This document shows positions 14,563 through 29,908 of a stretch of DNA of 64,000 nucleotides, piece after piece. The number at the start of each line of letters is the position of its first letter. Position 1 is the stretch's first letter. Source of the DNA: the human T2T-CHM13v2.0 reference genome, Homo sapiens; contig CP086569.2 in assembly GCA_009914755.4 (NCBI GenBank), forward strand, positions 14,240,001 to 14,304,000, read 5' to 3'. The notes beneath the pieces were generated by a model. That model was given only the letters and a program-made list of their open reading frames with translations. It searched no databases and was not told the DNA's origin. The translations under genes and the position numbers were made by a program.

Positions 14563-16619
14563 TTTCCTGCAATAAAATAACTGAGCTTCCTACCCTACCA
14601 ATTCTGACACATAAAATTAACCATTTCAAAATAAATTTTTAAGGCAAGTTTTAAGTTTAATCTTCAAATACTTTCAGGAAGGACAGTCTCTGTTTTAGAC
14701 TGAATGGTAGCTTTTTGTTCCTTGTAGCCATTTGTATTGAGTACCCGGTTTGGCCACATCTAACTTTTTCAGGCTCAAGGGATAAAACAGAATAGAAACA
14801 GCCTAATTCCCTATTTTACCCAGCTGATTAAATAAAAAGTAAAGGAAATAATTTAGAATATATAATATTAGATTATGTTTTGATACGGACCTTACAGAAA
14901 AATTTATGAGAGAAGAGGGTAGAGAATGCTGGAGACAATAGCAAAGAGTTACATTATGAACAGAAAGATAATAAAAAGCTGATATCCTTGAGATTGTGAT
15001 ATTTGATGAAACTCCTGGAGGAGGATCTGAGAGAATAATGAAGATACAGTCGCCCTTTGTATCTATGGGTTCCCACATGGGTGAATTTATCCAACCATTA
15101 ATCAAAACTATAAGGAAAAAATATATAATAATACAACAATACAAATAATACTTATTTTTAAAAGAGCATAACTTATTTTGAGGAGCTAACTTTTGTATGA
15201 TAATCAGGACACAGCTATAAGAGAAATCAAGAGGAAATCAAAAGGAAAAGCTGGTAGATTGTACAAACTGCCTGTATCACACAAATTTCTTATTTTCCTC
15301 ACTCAATTCCTACTGATCAAAAACAAAAGAAAACTGAAATGTTAGTCCAGCATTGTTCAACCTTCATTTTAGAAGGTTTATTAACAGGATATATTCCCTA
15401 ACTTTGAAAACACAATGTCCAGTGAAAGAATTAAGACACTAAAGGTCACATACTATAGTATTCCATGTGTATAAACTGTCTATAATATGTTAATCCATAC
15501 ACATAGAAAACAGATTGGTGGTAAGTTATCCAGGGTTAAGAGAAGGGAAGTGACTGGTTAACTTACTGCTGCCACCCACATTGAACACACAGGCAGACAG
15601 ATTCACATCTTACCATAGTATCACAACTTACCAGAGCAAAAGGCAGTGAACAGAAACTGCTGCTGGAACCACTAAGAGAAAAACCTAAACTGTAACTGAA
15701 AAACTGATGGATGCTCAGTTTTTGAGAGTTAGAAGCTTCAGGGAGGCCAAGCCTTAGGGAATCTCCATATTTTTATAAGTTTTACCTCCAGAAGCCCTAA
15801 TAGGATCTTACAGTAAAGACTAGAAAACACACCTCTACAACTTCTAACAGGAGAAGAGGCAAAGTAAACATTCTGAAATGTTTCCTGAGCATCCGTTCTT
15901 AAAAAGGCATGACTCAGGGAAATTACTGTATTATTTGGCCAGAGCCTAACACAGCTAGGGTTTTACTATAACCTAAACAACACGACAGACAGAAAATACT
16001 CAATGCCAAGCCTCTCTAGCCTTCCTGCTTGTTTAATGGGGAATAAAAAGCTGACCAGCACTTGTGAAGGAATCAGCCAAAAGGTAAAGTCTCATTAAAA
16101 GACAGGCAACTAATACAGAACACTTCCTTCCCACACACTTTATCACCTCATCACACTTTATCACATCAACAGAACACTTGCAAAATATGAGGGAATACAA
16201 GTGAAAGCATAATCCCACCCCCAAGTATCAATCCCTTATTCTGTAACCTGGCTGCTGCCTCCTTTGTCTGTGGTAAGGCAGCTGGCAGGTTTACTAAAAG
16301 CTTGCCTGAACTTGGGTCTTGCTCTCTCTCTTGTTTTTTCTCTCAGCTGACCTTACAGAAACCAACCACAGACCCAGAAAACTTAGGAGAATATCCAACA
16401 ATATAAATAACAAAAAATACTACAATACACATCTATATGTAAACTGTAAAAAAGCAAAGGCAATGAAAAAATTCTGAGAAAAATTAAGGAACAAAAAAAC
16501 ACCCCAGCTTAACTATGGAGGAGCCAAGTTAAGAATTACATCTGACTTCTCTTGTGAACATATGCACTAAAGGAATGAATATTTCTGCCCACCCTTACCG
16601 CCCAATTCCTATTTTGAAA

Positions 16620-16910
16620 CTGAATCACCAAGGTGAAATTATTAGGAGACTGGGCTTTTGGGAGGGGATAAGATCATAAGGTGTACAGCCCTCATGAGTG
16701 AGATTAGTGTCCTTACAAAAGAGGCCTGAGAGACACTCCTTGCCCATTTCACCATGTGAGGACACAGCAAGAAAGTAACATAGATGAACCATCTCACAAG
16801 ACACCAAGTAGGCTAGCTCTTGATCTTGGACTTCTCAATCTCCAAAACTGTGAGAAATTTCTTTGTTATAAATCACCTAGTCCATAGTATTTTGTTATAG
16901 TGTTCTGAAT
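16620..16910 (+). mobile_element. MaLR-type LTR fragment (MST/MLT1-like)
   Basis: ccatgtgaggacacagcaagaaagtaacatagatgaaccatctcacaagacaccaagtaggctagctcttgatcttggacttctcaatctccaaaactgtgagaaa...tagtattttgttatag, characteristic of MaLR LTR consensus. Confidence 0.45.
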
Positions 16911-17254
16911 GAACTAAGACTCCATGCAAAAGAGAGACTAGACAGAAATGTTTAAAGTATTGAAACAAAAACCCAAACTGGAATTTCAGCAAAATTACCA
17001 TTCAAAAACCAGGAAAAAATTTTTCTCAGACAAACAAAAACTTGGAGAGACTTCTGTAACTAGAACACATGGCTAATAGGAGAAACCATGAGAGATGAGG
17101 AAAGGAATGGGAGCTTTTTTACTTTTTGTGTAATTTTTCCTATATACCGAACACAGCTCTAAAAATTAAAGTATATTAGTCAATAAAAATAAACAAAGTT
17201 TCAAGAAATTTATATCTGTATATAAAAAGAAATTTATATCTGTATATAAAACCT

Positions 17255-17766
17255 TAATAGCTCTACTGTGCCATCAGATAAAGCAGGTCCTTCAGTGAGG
17301 CCTCACTTTCATTCTACTAAGGGAGGAAACCACCCCTCATATTGTCTTATGCCCAATTTCTCCCTCCAAAGAAAGAAGAAGTAAAAACGCAGAAATGAAA
17401 TCCACAGGCAGACAGCCCGCACCCTGGGCCTAATTAAAGATCGACCCCTGACCTAACTGGTTATGTTATCCATAGATTCCAGACATTGTATGGAAAAGCA
17501 CTGTGAAAATCCCTGTCCTGTTCTGTTCCATTCTGATTACTGGTGCATACAGCCCCCTGTCATGTACCGCTGCTTGCTCAATCGATCACGACCCTCTCAC
17601 ATGGACCCTCTTAAAGTTGTGAGCCCTTAAAAGGGACAGGAATTGCTCACTTGGAGAGCTCGGTTGTTGGAGACATGAGTCTTGCCTAAGCTCTCAGCCG
17701 AATAAAGCCCTTCCTTCTTTAACTTGGGTGTCTGAGGGTTTTGTCTGTGGCTTGTCTTGCTACACT
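17255..17766 (+). mobile_element. Solo ERV class I LTR (family not identified); ends ...gtctgtggcttgtcttgctaCA
   Basis: U3/R-like features (gccgaataaagcccttccttctttaacttgggtgtctgagggttttgtctgtggc). Typical gamma-ERV LTR 3' end. Confidence 0.45.
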
Positions 17767-19013
17767 ACCTCTTCATAAGCTATTCTCCAGCCACTCCTTA
17801 ACCTGCCCTTTCTCCTTGCAAATTCCTTCAATTATCTGGGTCTCTAATGTGCTGGCCCTCCCAAGGCACTTGCTCATGTCACATTGTATTACAATTCATG
17901 GTAATTTAAATTCTGCTAGTCCTTTCCTTCCACTAGAATAAATATTGAACAGCTTGCATGGTAGCGGTGTTCTCCAGGGAATATGTGCAAATATTACTTG
18001 AAGATACTTTCTAAAACATGTCATTATGTCTTATTGAAATAGCAATGAGATTTGGTGTAACTGTAAAGTAATAATTGTTTTTTCCCTTTTCCTCTGATTT
18101 CCATACTACCTAATGTAATTTATCTGTACACTAGCTTTAACTACAACAGTCCCTCATATTCGTAGGGGATATATTCCTAGACCCTCACTGGATGCCTCAA
18201 ACTGTCAATAGTCCTGAATTCTCAATATTTTTTTTTTGATCTGATAACTGAGGGACAGCAACTAAGTGAATAAAGGGTAGGTAACGTGTACAGTGTTGAT
18301 ATGCTGAACAAAGAGATGATTCACATCCTGGTCAAATGGAGTGGAACAGGACAAGATTTCATGACACTACTCAGAATGGCATGCAATTTAAAATGTATGT
18401 ACTGTTTATTTCTGGAACTTTCCATTTAACAGTTGCCCCCAGGTAACTGAAACCACAAAGAAAGCAGTATCGTGAATTTATAATACTGTAAATAAACTTA
18501 CATGCACAGACTAAATTACCACGTAGTCCAGACATACCTCATTTTATTGTGCTTTGCTTTACTGAACTTCAAAGACACTATGTTTACTACAAATTGAAGG
18601 TATGTGGCAACAGTGGATATCAAGCAAGCAAGTCCATCTGTACCACTTTTCCAACATAATGTGTTCACTTTGCATCTCTGTAACTCTCTCAATTGTTTGA
18701 AACTTTTTCATATTGTATCACTGATTTGTAATCAGGGATCTTTGATGTTACCATCGTCATTGTTTGAGGGCACCACAGATAGGGCAGCACACTTAATTAA
18801 CAAATGTTCTGTGTTCTGACTGCTCCGCCATCCAGTCCTTCTATTTTTTTCCCTCTCTTCAGACCTCCATATTCCTGTCACAAAAATATTAAATTAGGCC
18901 ACCTAATAAACCCTACAATGGCCTCCGAGCATTTGAATGAAAGGAAGCATTGCGTATCTCTCACCTGAGATTTGTGGATTAACTCATAACTTTGAAAGAA
19001 GTTCTACTAGGGA

Positions 19014-19312
<299 letters not shown>

Positions 19313-20827
19313 ACATCTCTCCCTTTAAATCCAAAGCTAGAACAATTAAAGTTAGTGAGGAAGGCATGTCCAAAGCCAAGACAGTCATAAAACTAGCCCT
19401 CTTGTACCAGTTAGCTGAGTTGTGAAGGCCAAGGAAAGTAAAACTGTTACTCCCATGGACATACAAATGTTAAGAAAGCAAAACAACCTTATTGATGATA
19501 TAAAGAAAGTTTTAGTGGTCTAGATAAAAGCTGTCTCATCACTGACAATATTCCCTCAAGCCAAAGCCTAATCCAGAAAAAGGGTGTAAACCCCTCCTTC
19601 AAATCTATGAAGGCTGACCGTGGTAAGGAAGCTGCAGAAGAAAAGTCTGAAGCCAGTAGAAGTTGGTTTATGAGGGAGAAGGAAAGAAGTCATCTCCATA
19701 ATATAAGTAAGTGCAAGGTAAAGCAGCAAGTTATCCAGAAGACCTAGCTAGTATCATTGATGAAGGTGGCTACACTAAACAATAGATTTTCAATGAAGAT
19801 TACAGTGGAAGAAGATGTGATTTAGGTCTTTTCTAACTAGAGAGAAGTTAACACCTGGTTTCAAGGCCTCAAAAGACAGGCTGACACCTTTGTTAGGAAC
19901 TAATAAGGCTGGTGACTATAAGCTGAAGGCAATGCTCATTTATCATTCTGAAAATCCCACAGCCCTAAAGAGGTATGCTAAATCCACTCTGCCTGTGCTT
20001 TATAAATGGGATAACAAAGCCTGTGTGATAGCCCAACTGTTGACATCATGGTTTACTGAATACTTTTAAGTCTATATGGATAGCTACTACTCAGAAAAAG
20101 AGATTCCTTTCAATATACTATTCCTCATTAAATATACATTTGGTCATTCAAGAGCTCTGACAGATGTAAAAAGAGATTAAATTTGTCTTCATGCCTAACA
20201 CAGTATCTATTCTGCGGCTCATGGATCAAGAAGTAATTTTGACTTTAAGTCTTATTATTTAAGAAATACATTTCATTTCATAAGTCTATATATAACTAAC
20301 ACAGACAGCAATTCCTCTAATAAAGCAAAGAAAAGGGAAAACTTTCTGAAAAGGATTCAGTCATTCAACATGTCATTAAGGACTTTCATGATTCATGGGA
20401 GGAGGTCAAAATGAATGTGGAAGAAGTTGATTCCAATCCTCATGGATGACTTTGAGGTGTTCAAGACTTCAGTTGAGGAAGGAACTACAGATGTAGAAAT
20501 GGCAAGACAGTTTGACAGGTGGAGCCTGAAGAAGTGACTGAATTGCTGCAAGTGCACAACAAATTTTGAATGGATTAGAAGTTGTTGTTTCAGGGATGAG
20601 AAAAGAAAGTGGTTTTCTGAGAGGAAATCCACTCCTGGGGAAATGCTGTGAACACTAACTACTGTGATACAAACAAACGATTTGGAATATTACATAAATT
20701 TATTTGATAAAGGCAGTGGCAAAGTTCAAGAGGATTGACTCTAACTTTGAAAGAAGTTATATCATTGGGAAAACATCAAATAGCATGGCATCCTACAAAG
20801 AAATCTTTCAAGAAACAAAGAGTTTGT

Positions 20828-21190
<363 letters not shown>

Positions 21191-21706
21191 TCACAGTAGC
21201 AAATATCGTTGTTGTCTTAAGGGGTCACAGCCACTTCATCAGCAAACACCATCCTGATCAATGAGCAGTCATCACCATAGAGGCAAGACCGTCTACCGCC
21301 AAAAAAATTATGACTTGCTTAATGATCACAGGCTTTCTTTTTTTAAGCAATAAAATATTTTCAAAGTAAGATGTTGTTTGCTTACACAAATTATAATTGC
21401 AAACTGACATAATATAGTGTAAACATAACTTTTATATGCACTAAAAAATAAAACTAAATTAGTGTGATTGGCTTTATTATGATACTCACTTTATTGCAGT
21501 TGTCTTGTATGAAACCTGTAAGATGTCCAAGGTAGGCCTGTAATGATCCTGGTATCACTTAAAAGTTTTATACTCTTATCAATTACTTAAATTACTTTTT
21601 AAAGACAAAGCCATTCTTTAAATTTCTATCTTTTTAGAATGTACACAAACTAAATAAAGATAAACTACTATATAAGAGCCAAGAAAGCAGCTAGTCCTTT
21701 TTTTAC

Positions 21707-22102
21707 CTGAGCGGAGTTAGATAGCTGTTTTCTCCATGGCTCTTCTGTGCTGCTGTTCAGGTCTGTATGATTATGAGGTAGAGTGTGTGTATTTTGCTGC
21801 AGGTAAGGCACATTTCCATTACTTTCACTTCCTGCTATACAATTACTGCCTAGCAAGATAGTGTCTGTACTTCCTAGAATTTTTGATGTGCCACAAGGAA
21901 TACAGCCTGCAGAAAAAGCTCCACTGGACAAAAGTTTTTCAACACAAGCAGGGCGAACTCCAGGCTGAGAGACGCTAGATACTCTGGTCAGAGCACCATG
22001 TGGTTGTCGATTAGAGACAGAGTTTGTAGGCAGTGATGAATCAGTTATGGCCCCGTTATGAATTCCAGTAGTTCGTACCTGAGCAACTTCTTTGTGTCTC
22101 AT
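21707..22102 (-). CDS. UTY: UTY coding exon (396 nt, phase 0-0): [53 protein letters not shown]...[13 protein letters not shown]
   Basis: Homologous to KDM6[37 protein letters not shown]...EEPWKNQLSNSTQ. Acceptor tttgaag|ATGAGA, donor CAG|gtaaaaaaagg. Confidence 0.85.
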
Positions 22103-22530
22103 CTTCAAAAACAAAAAAGAAAAACTGCTGTGTAACTTTGAAAATGTGTAGTTCATACATCTCTAATTTCATATAACATTTCATGTCTCTAAAAAAACAT
22201 ATAGACAATAGATCCACTTTAATATATAATTCCTATAAAAAGAAGAAAGGTGTTTCAGTATGTAAAGAAATCGGCCTTTATTAACAGCTCAAGGGCAAAA
22301 TAAAGCTGCTAAAGATTATAAATAATGATTCAAAAACTTACAGGCCATTTTTCCTTCATGAAACAGAAGATTTCAAATTTCCATTCAGTTTACATTCTTG
22401 TCAAATCCTTCAAATCAATCATTTGGATCTAAGTTAATCTGAGTATATTTCCTTTTTAAAAAATTTGTCCATTACTAACACATATGTAAAACTCAGATAT
22501 ATACATCCCATGAAATATACACAGAAACTA

Positions 22531-22722
<192 letters not shown>

Positions 22723-22859
22723 CTAGAAGAAAAGAGATTAATATAATCAAAGTTTAATCTAAAATTTAAGACAATATAAGGCAACTCCTCACTAAAAAGA
22801 CTACACAGAACCTTTGCAGGATGAAAGACAGTGATTCCTAATGAACGTTAAGATAGTGA

Positions 22860-23158
<299 letters not shown>

Positions 23159-23218
23159 CCGATAGTGATTCTTAACCAATGTTACTCAAGCTCAAAATCC
23201 TTTAAGAAGTCTGAAAAA

Positions 23219-23525
23219 GTGGAAAGGCGTGGTGCCTCATACCTGTAATCCCAGCATTTAGGGAGGCCGAAGAGGGCAGATCACGAGGTCAGGAGATCGT
23301 GACCATCCTGGCCAACATGGTGAAACCCCAACTCTACTAAAAATACAAAAATTAGATGGGTGTAGTTGAGCATGCCTGTAATCCCAGCTACTGCGGAGGA
23401 TGAGGCAAGAGAATCCCTTGAACTCAGGAGGCGGAGGCTGCAGTGAACCATGATCACATGTCACTGCACTCCAGCCTGGCGACAGAGTGTGACTCTGTCT
23501 CCAAAAAAAAAAAAAAAAAAAAAAA
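23219..23525 (+). mobile_element. Alu (AluS-like), inverted relative to the adjacent Alu 60 bp away; TSD aagtctgaaaaag
   Basis: ggaaaggcgtggtgcctcatacctgtaatcccagc...gtgactctgtctcc + 30 A. Flanking aagtctgaaaaag direct repeats. Confidence 0.9.
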
Positions 23526-23982
23526 GTCTGAAAAAGGCAGTAAAATCTAAAATTCTGAGGAAAGCTGTTTTGTGTGGTTTTAGTTAAATGTATTATGGGG
23601 AAATAAAAATTCAAAGACAAAGCTATTTAGCTTAAAACACTTAATAATAAAAATGCTTAATGCAACATTATTTGTAACAGAATTACTGAAAAACATGTAA
23701 ATGCCCAATAGTTGGGATCTGTTTAAATAACAGATTTGCCCCACCCATGCAATCATAAATCAAAGAATAGAGAAGCAATACACAGACACAGAAAGATCCT
23801 CAAGATACATCTTTAACAAAAAAACTAAGATCCTAAAATATTTGTAAAAGTGTACCTACAATTCTATTTTGAAAAGACAAACTTGGAGATCACACCTGGG
23901 CAACAAAAGTGAAACTCCATCTCAAAAAAACAAAAGACAAAACCAAACCAAAAAAAACAACAAGAGAGACTTGGCCAGGTGC

Positions 23983-24266
23983 AGTGGCTCACACCTGTAA
24001 TCCGAGCACTTTGGGACACTGAGATAGGCACATCATTTGAGGTCAGGAGTTCAAGACCAGCCTGACCAACATGGTGAAACCCTGTCTCTACTAAAAATAC
24101 AAAAAATTTAGCTGGGCATGGTGAAGCATGCCTATAGTACCAGGTATTCGGTAGGCTGAGGCAGGAGAACGGCCTGAACCCAGGAAGTGGAGACTGCAGT
24201 GAGCTGATATCATGCTACAACCTTCCAGCCTGGGCAACAAAGCAAGACTGTCTCAAAAAAAAAAAA
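23983..24266 (+). mobile_element. Alu (AluS-like); preceded at ~23885-23930 by a fragment of another Alu 3' tail
   Basis: ggccaggtgcagtggctcacacctgtaatccgagcactttgggacactgagataggc...caagactgtctcaaaaaaaaaaa. Confidence 0.9.
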
Positions 24267-24581
24267 CAATACACAAACACATTTGTTTGTACATGCACAA
24301 TTTACATCTCTAGAAAAAAACTGTTAACATTGCCTGTGCATGAAAAACTAAAAATAGGTGGCTAGAGGTAGAAACTGGAAGGTGCCTTCACCTTATGTCA
24401 TTTAAGTTTCCTCTCCTCTCACAAAATGGATTCTGATTCCTATTATCCTGGAAAATGTGGGCTCGTTTTAATTATATTCATATTAATTTAGTTAATCATC
24501 ATTCAATTAATACCTAAAAAACAACATTTACTGTTTCTACTGCTTTCGAATTGGGGGAAAGATCGTCAAAGAATTCATACC

Positions 24582-24674
24582 TGTAATTTCTGTGGTGTCA
24601 AACACAACGAATAAACTTGCTGTACTGGATGATGTGAAAGACTCTGGCCACCATTCCAGTTATCAGAACCATTC
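24582..24674 (-). CDS. UTY: UTY coding (likely cassette) exon, 93 nt phase 0-0: [31 protein letters not shown]
   Basis: Homologous to KDM6[33 protein letters not shown]. Acceptor ttttccttag|AATGG, donor CAG|gtatgaa. Open frame throughout. Confidence 0.7.
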
Positions 24675-25167
24675 TAAGGAAAATTTAGTGTAAAAGATTA
24701 AGAATATTTGCTTAATTTCATACACTTAGAGTTATGACTAGTGAGAACCAAGTGACTAGGAATCGGAATAGGTATATATATGACATCCTTTTAAATCATT
24801 AAAAATTATTAAAAATGCATAATTAATTCATAAACTTACACATTTAGAAAAAAAGGACCATATTTAAATTACGTCTCAAAGAGGTAGAAAGGTGGTCTAC
24901 TACTATTCAACATTCAGTTTATTTCATTGTCAGAAGTGATGGTAAAAACTGTGTTAAAATTGTAAAAGCAGGGAAATGAATAAAATGACGTGATGAACAC
25001 AAACTTATCCCTACCTTCTATATTTAATGTGATGCAAAGATTATGGAATAGAAATACTGCTTCACTTTCTGATGTCCACAAGCTTAAAATACAGTCCAGG
25101 CACAATTTCAGAAGAGTTAGTTTCATTTTTGACTGGGATTTTCCATATCTCTAAAATGTATATATAC

Positions 25168-25323
25168 CTTTGTTGGACTAGATGTTCTTTTCTTCTTGGC
25201 AGGACTGGACAGGCCTTCTACTTGGCTAGAAGTAATCATGTGTAGTGACAAGGATTGCTGTAAAATTGGTGTTTGACTGTGGTTTAATACATGTTCAGTA
25301 TTTGGATCATGAGCTCTATAAGC
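25168..25323 (-). CDS. UTY: UTY coding (likely cassette) exon, 156 nt phase 0-0: AYRAHDPNTEHVLNHSQTPILQQSLSLHMITSSQVEGLSSPAKKKRTSSPTK
   Basis: Open 52-codon frame bounded by acceptor ccttag|GCTTAT and donor AAAG|gtatat. N-terminal half is paralogous to the next exon (NTEHVLNHSQTPILQQ vs [20 protein letters not shown]). Matches my recollection of UTY-specific sequence, which is unverified. Confidence 0.6.
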
Positions 25324-25686
25324 CTAAGGATCACAGAAGTAAGATAAAAATATGGTTCTACATATTCCTAATTCACTCCTTCAAATTATAAAACTTCATA
25401 TACTTTTCAACACTATGCGGACATCATTGATGGTAATTATTCAAAATTATAATCAAATGAATCATCAAGGGAGCAATGTGTGTCTTCTTCAGAAAAGTTT
25501 CATCTTTTAAACTTAATAAACAACTATAGAAATGTCACTTAAGAAATTACTTTCTAATTATGAGAATATACAAAGGTTTAAACTGGCACCCGTATTCCTT
25601 CCCATATCAGAGGGAATTTTATTTTTATTTTCTAAAACTCTTTAGAATTAAAAAATTTTTATTTTTTAATTAAAAAGATTTCTCTA

Positions 25687-25926
<240 letters not shown>

Positions 25927-26470
25927 CTAGGAAAAATTATGTAAAAAGCAAATTTAACACAAGCCTACTTGAGTAAGAGCAAGTCCACTAAATCTTCCTC
26001 AGGGTTATAGGTATTTAAAAAAAAATTCTAAATTTGGGGATTTTAGGTAGATGTTAAATATAAAGAGGGCAACTAGAATATTCTTTGGAGAATCAGAACA
26101 AACACAAGCTCTATTTTTCAGTTCTCACAGATATCTTCTCATGAAATTTTAAGCAAGAGTGAAAAATGGCATTTGTTATTTTCTCTACAATGTTATGAAA
26201 AGTTAAAAATGCAGATAAGCACACTGAAAAAGTTCATGCATAGTAATGTAAAATGTAAATATGCATCAATAAAGTAAATGTGCAAAAGAACATAGTTTAC
26301 ATACTGCATTTCACTTAAAATTAAATGAAAAATAATACCACAAAATATTACAAAATATGGAAACAAGGCAACATCAAAACACAAATAGACAAACTTGCCA
26401 GCCACCCTTCTCCTGCCAATTATTATAGGAATATACGTGTCATTTAAAATATACTATTTAAAATTTTTAC

Positions 26471-26690
26471 CTGTAGAAATTTAATTCTTGCAGCAAGCGT
26501 AGAGGTATTACTACAACGTTTGCTTCTAGCTGCATTTAGGTAGCATTTAATGGCATCTTGAGGTTGATTGCAGGATTCATAGAGAGTACCTAGGTCCATC
26601 CAGGCTGCGGCATGCCCATGGTCCAATTGTACAGCACAAATATATGCCTGTAAAGCATCCATAGGCTGATTTTGCTGCTGATACAACACA
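26471..26690 (-). CDS. UTY: UTY coding exon (220 nt, TPR repeats): (G)[73 protein letters not shown]
   Basis: KDM6A TPR region [73 protein letters not shown]. Acceptor ttctttccag|TGTGTT, donor CAG|gtaaaaat. Confidence 0.9.
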
Positions 26691-26744
26691 CTGGAAAGAA
26701 AAAGAATGCTGTCAAAAACTACTGGTTACTTTCGTTCGTTTATT

Positions 26745-27041
26745 TTTCTGTTGTTTTCAGACAGTGTCTCACACTGTCTCCCAGGCTGGAGTGAAGTGGC
26801 ATTTCCATGGCTCACCACACCCTTGACCTCCCCAGCTCAAGCAACCCTCCCACCTCAGACTCCTGCGTACCTGGGCCTATAGGACATGCCACCATGCCTG
26901 GCTATTTTTTTAAATTTTTTTCATGGAAATAGAGTGTTACCATATTGCTCAGGCTGGTCTTGAAACCCCAGACTCAAGAGATCAACCAGGCTCAGCTTCC
27001 CAAAGTGCTGGGATTATAGGCATGAACTACTATATCCAGCC
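26745..27041 (-). mobile_element. Alu (older AluJ/S-like) occupying most of the 443-bp intron between two TPR exons; sense relative to UTY
   Basis: ttttcagacagtgtctcacactgtctcccaggctggagtgaagtggc...cccaaagtgctgggattataggcatgaactactatatccagcc. Confidence 0.85.
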
Positions 27042-27132
27042 AGTTAATTTTATATTACTATACAGTATATTAGATGTTTCAATCATCCAGTGTATCAAGC
27101 GAGCTTCTACTGCTTTTATATATATAGCCTTA

Positions 27133-27402
<270 letters not shown>

Positions 27403-29613
27403 TTAATCTCTATTGTAACTTGCTGTTAAATACTGTCTTGAAAGAGCTAGTACGTTATATTAATAAACTTTTCTGAAACTATTGAAGATTTCTTCAATAC
27501 TATAATATTGAGGGTTAAACATAAAGCTCTCTATTTACACAAGTTTGAACGCAGGCTTCCTACATTATAAGAACAGAGTTAAATCTAAAGAGAAAAGTAC
27601 CTTTGATAATGACTTTTATATTAGGATTTAATAGTCCCCTTCCACTTAGTAACACTCAGAACAATCATTCTTTGTTATCTGTGTGACTTGTTTAAAAAAG
27701 TAAATCTATTGTAAAAATGATCAACATGTAATTCTCTACATATAAAGTTTTTAACTTTATATTCTTTATGATGGAGGAATTCTATGTGTGTGCATATGTT
27801 ACCAAGAAGCCATCTGTATAATTTCACTTTATTATGACATTAAATGATACAAAACAGCAAAAACCCTACAATATCTTTACTGGTACAGGTACTATAGGTT
27901 GATCACTCAATCTCTTCTAACTTATGTATCCCAAACAGCTGGGAACCACAGATTAAAACAGAAAACATGAGAAGAGGCATTTCGTATAGGTTTGAAAAAT
28001 ATGTGCAAATATTACTCAACCTACAAATGGAAATTTTTAAATCTAGGCTATCAACTTGAGATATGTATTTTAAAGGGCAAGTAATATGATTAAAATGAAA
28101 ATAAACGTGTACCGACAAAACCATATTAGACACTGGTAAAGAACTATAGGGGAAATAACAGAAATGGCAAGACAGAAAAAGATGGGGAAAAATAATCAAA
28201 CTTAAGGATTAATAAAGACTTGATGATGTGATTAGAGAGTAGGGGTTGGGGGGGCAATTGTTATAAGCCTGGTTCACTGGGAAAACAGCAGTTATCATTT
28301 AAAAATGAACAAAAGAAAACACACACACAAATCAGGAAAGTTGCTAAAGAACACCATGAAGAAGGTTTTTAAAAATGCTAATTTAGATGTGATGTGAGGA
28401 CTTTGGTAATGTTCAGTAAAAACAACCAGATGTGGTACCGAATTATAAGCTAACTTAAAGTCAGAGATTTTAATTTGGAATTTACTCATATGAGAGAGTG
28501 ATTTAAGAACACAGGATGCATGTAAGAGAGGTGTAGAAACATGTCTACAGAATGAGTCATTAATGGGCTGGGAAATACAAGAAATGCCAGTAACTGAAAC
28601 AGAGATATTTAGAGGATGCATACAAACTGTTGTGGGGGAGGGGAGTTGTTGATAAGAAGATACTTAATGACAATGTAACAGCGACAGACACCAGAAAGAA
28701 TGTGAATATGAATAGAAAAGAAAGAAATTTTCTTAAAACCAATTTCAGATTATCAGACAAATCTGGCTAATACTGGAAGAAATAAGCAGTATTTTCTCAG
28801 ACCAACATTTTCCAATTCCATTTACAAAAAGTGCAAACTAGAAAGCCAATGCACTGAAACACAGGTCTGAGTCCAGTCACCAAAAACTTTCCCTTTAATG
28901 CAACATGTCTAGGCTCCTCTGTGGTAATCTAGAGTAATACAAAAAGCACAGGGTATATTTGAGTTGCAACTCTTTCTCTGATAATAATTACATGTCACCT
29001 TGAGGAAAACATTTTATTCCTCTGGACTTACTTCCTACATCTATAAAATGAAAGAGTGAACAAAGGTATTCCCCTAATCTCTTCCAAATTTAACATTACA
29101 CACAGTTCTGTGACTCCAGGAGACTATTTTAAGTGAGGCAATAACCAGTGTCATTACAAATGTATTACTACATCCCCATTTCACTTTGATATGTACAATC
29201 CAATTGAAAAGCTAAATAAATATTCAACACAGCCCTAAATAATGACAAATTATCAGATGCCTATGTGTTTTACTAACACCCAATGTCCTTATGCAGAGCT
29301 TTAATAACTTTTAAAGTATAACTTTTAACACATCATTTTTTCAGCACAAATCACATTAGAAGCATTAAATCAGAAGGCAGTAGATGAGACTGAAAAAGGT
29401 AAAAGCAAAGAAAAAATTTTCCATGAAACCAAAGCAGGTTAATTACCTTCATCTGAGAAGTCAAGAAAGTTTTCTGTGAAAATTTTAGCTAAAAACATTA
29501 AAACCAAACCACACCCCAATGCCTTAAATTCATATGACTCAGGGAAAGCCCTTTGTCAATACTACTTTCCTTACAGAGCTATAAAAGTATATTATTGAAA
29601 CTAATTTTACTTC

Positions 29614-29905
29614 CTTTTTTTTTTTTGACATAGAGTCTCACTCTGTTGCCCAGGCTGGAGTGCAATGGCAAGATCTCAGCTCACTGTAACCTCTGCCCCT
29701 GGGTTCAGGTGATTCTCCCGCCTCAGCCTCCCAAGCAGCTGGGACTACAGGCATGCACCACCACGCCCAGCTAATTTTTGTATTTTTAGTAGAGACAGTG
29801 TTTCACCATATTGGCCAGGCTGGTCTCCAACTACTGGCCTCATGATCCACCCGCCTCGGCCTCCCTAAGTGCTGGGATTACAGGTGTGAGCTACTGCACC
29901 TGGCC
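29614..29905 (-). mobile_element. Alu (AluS-like)
   Basis: Poly(T), gacatagagtctcactctgttgcccaggctggagtgcaatggc...gtgagctactgcacctggcc. Confidence 0.9.
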
Positions 29906-29908
29906 TTC

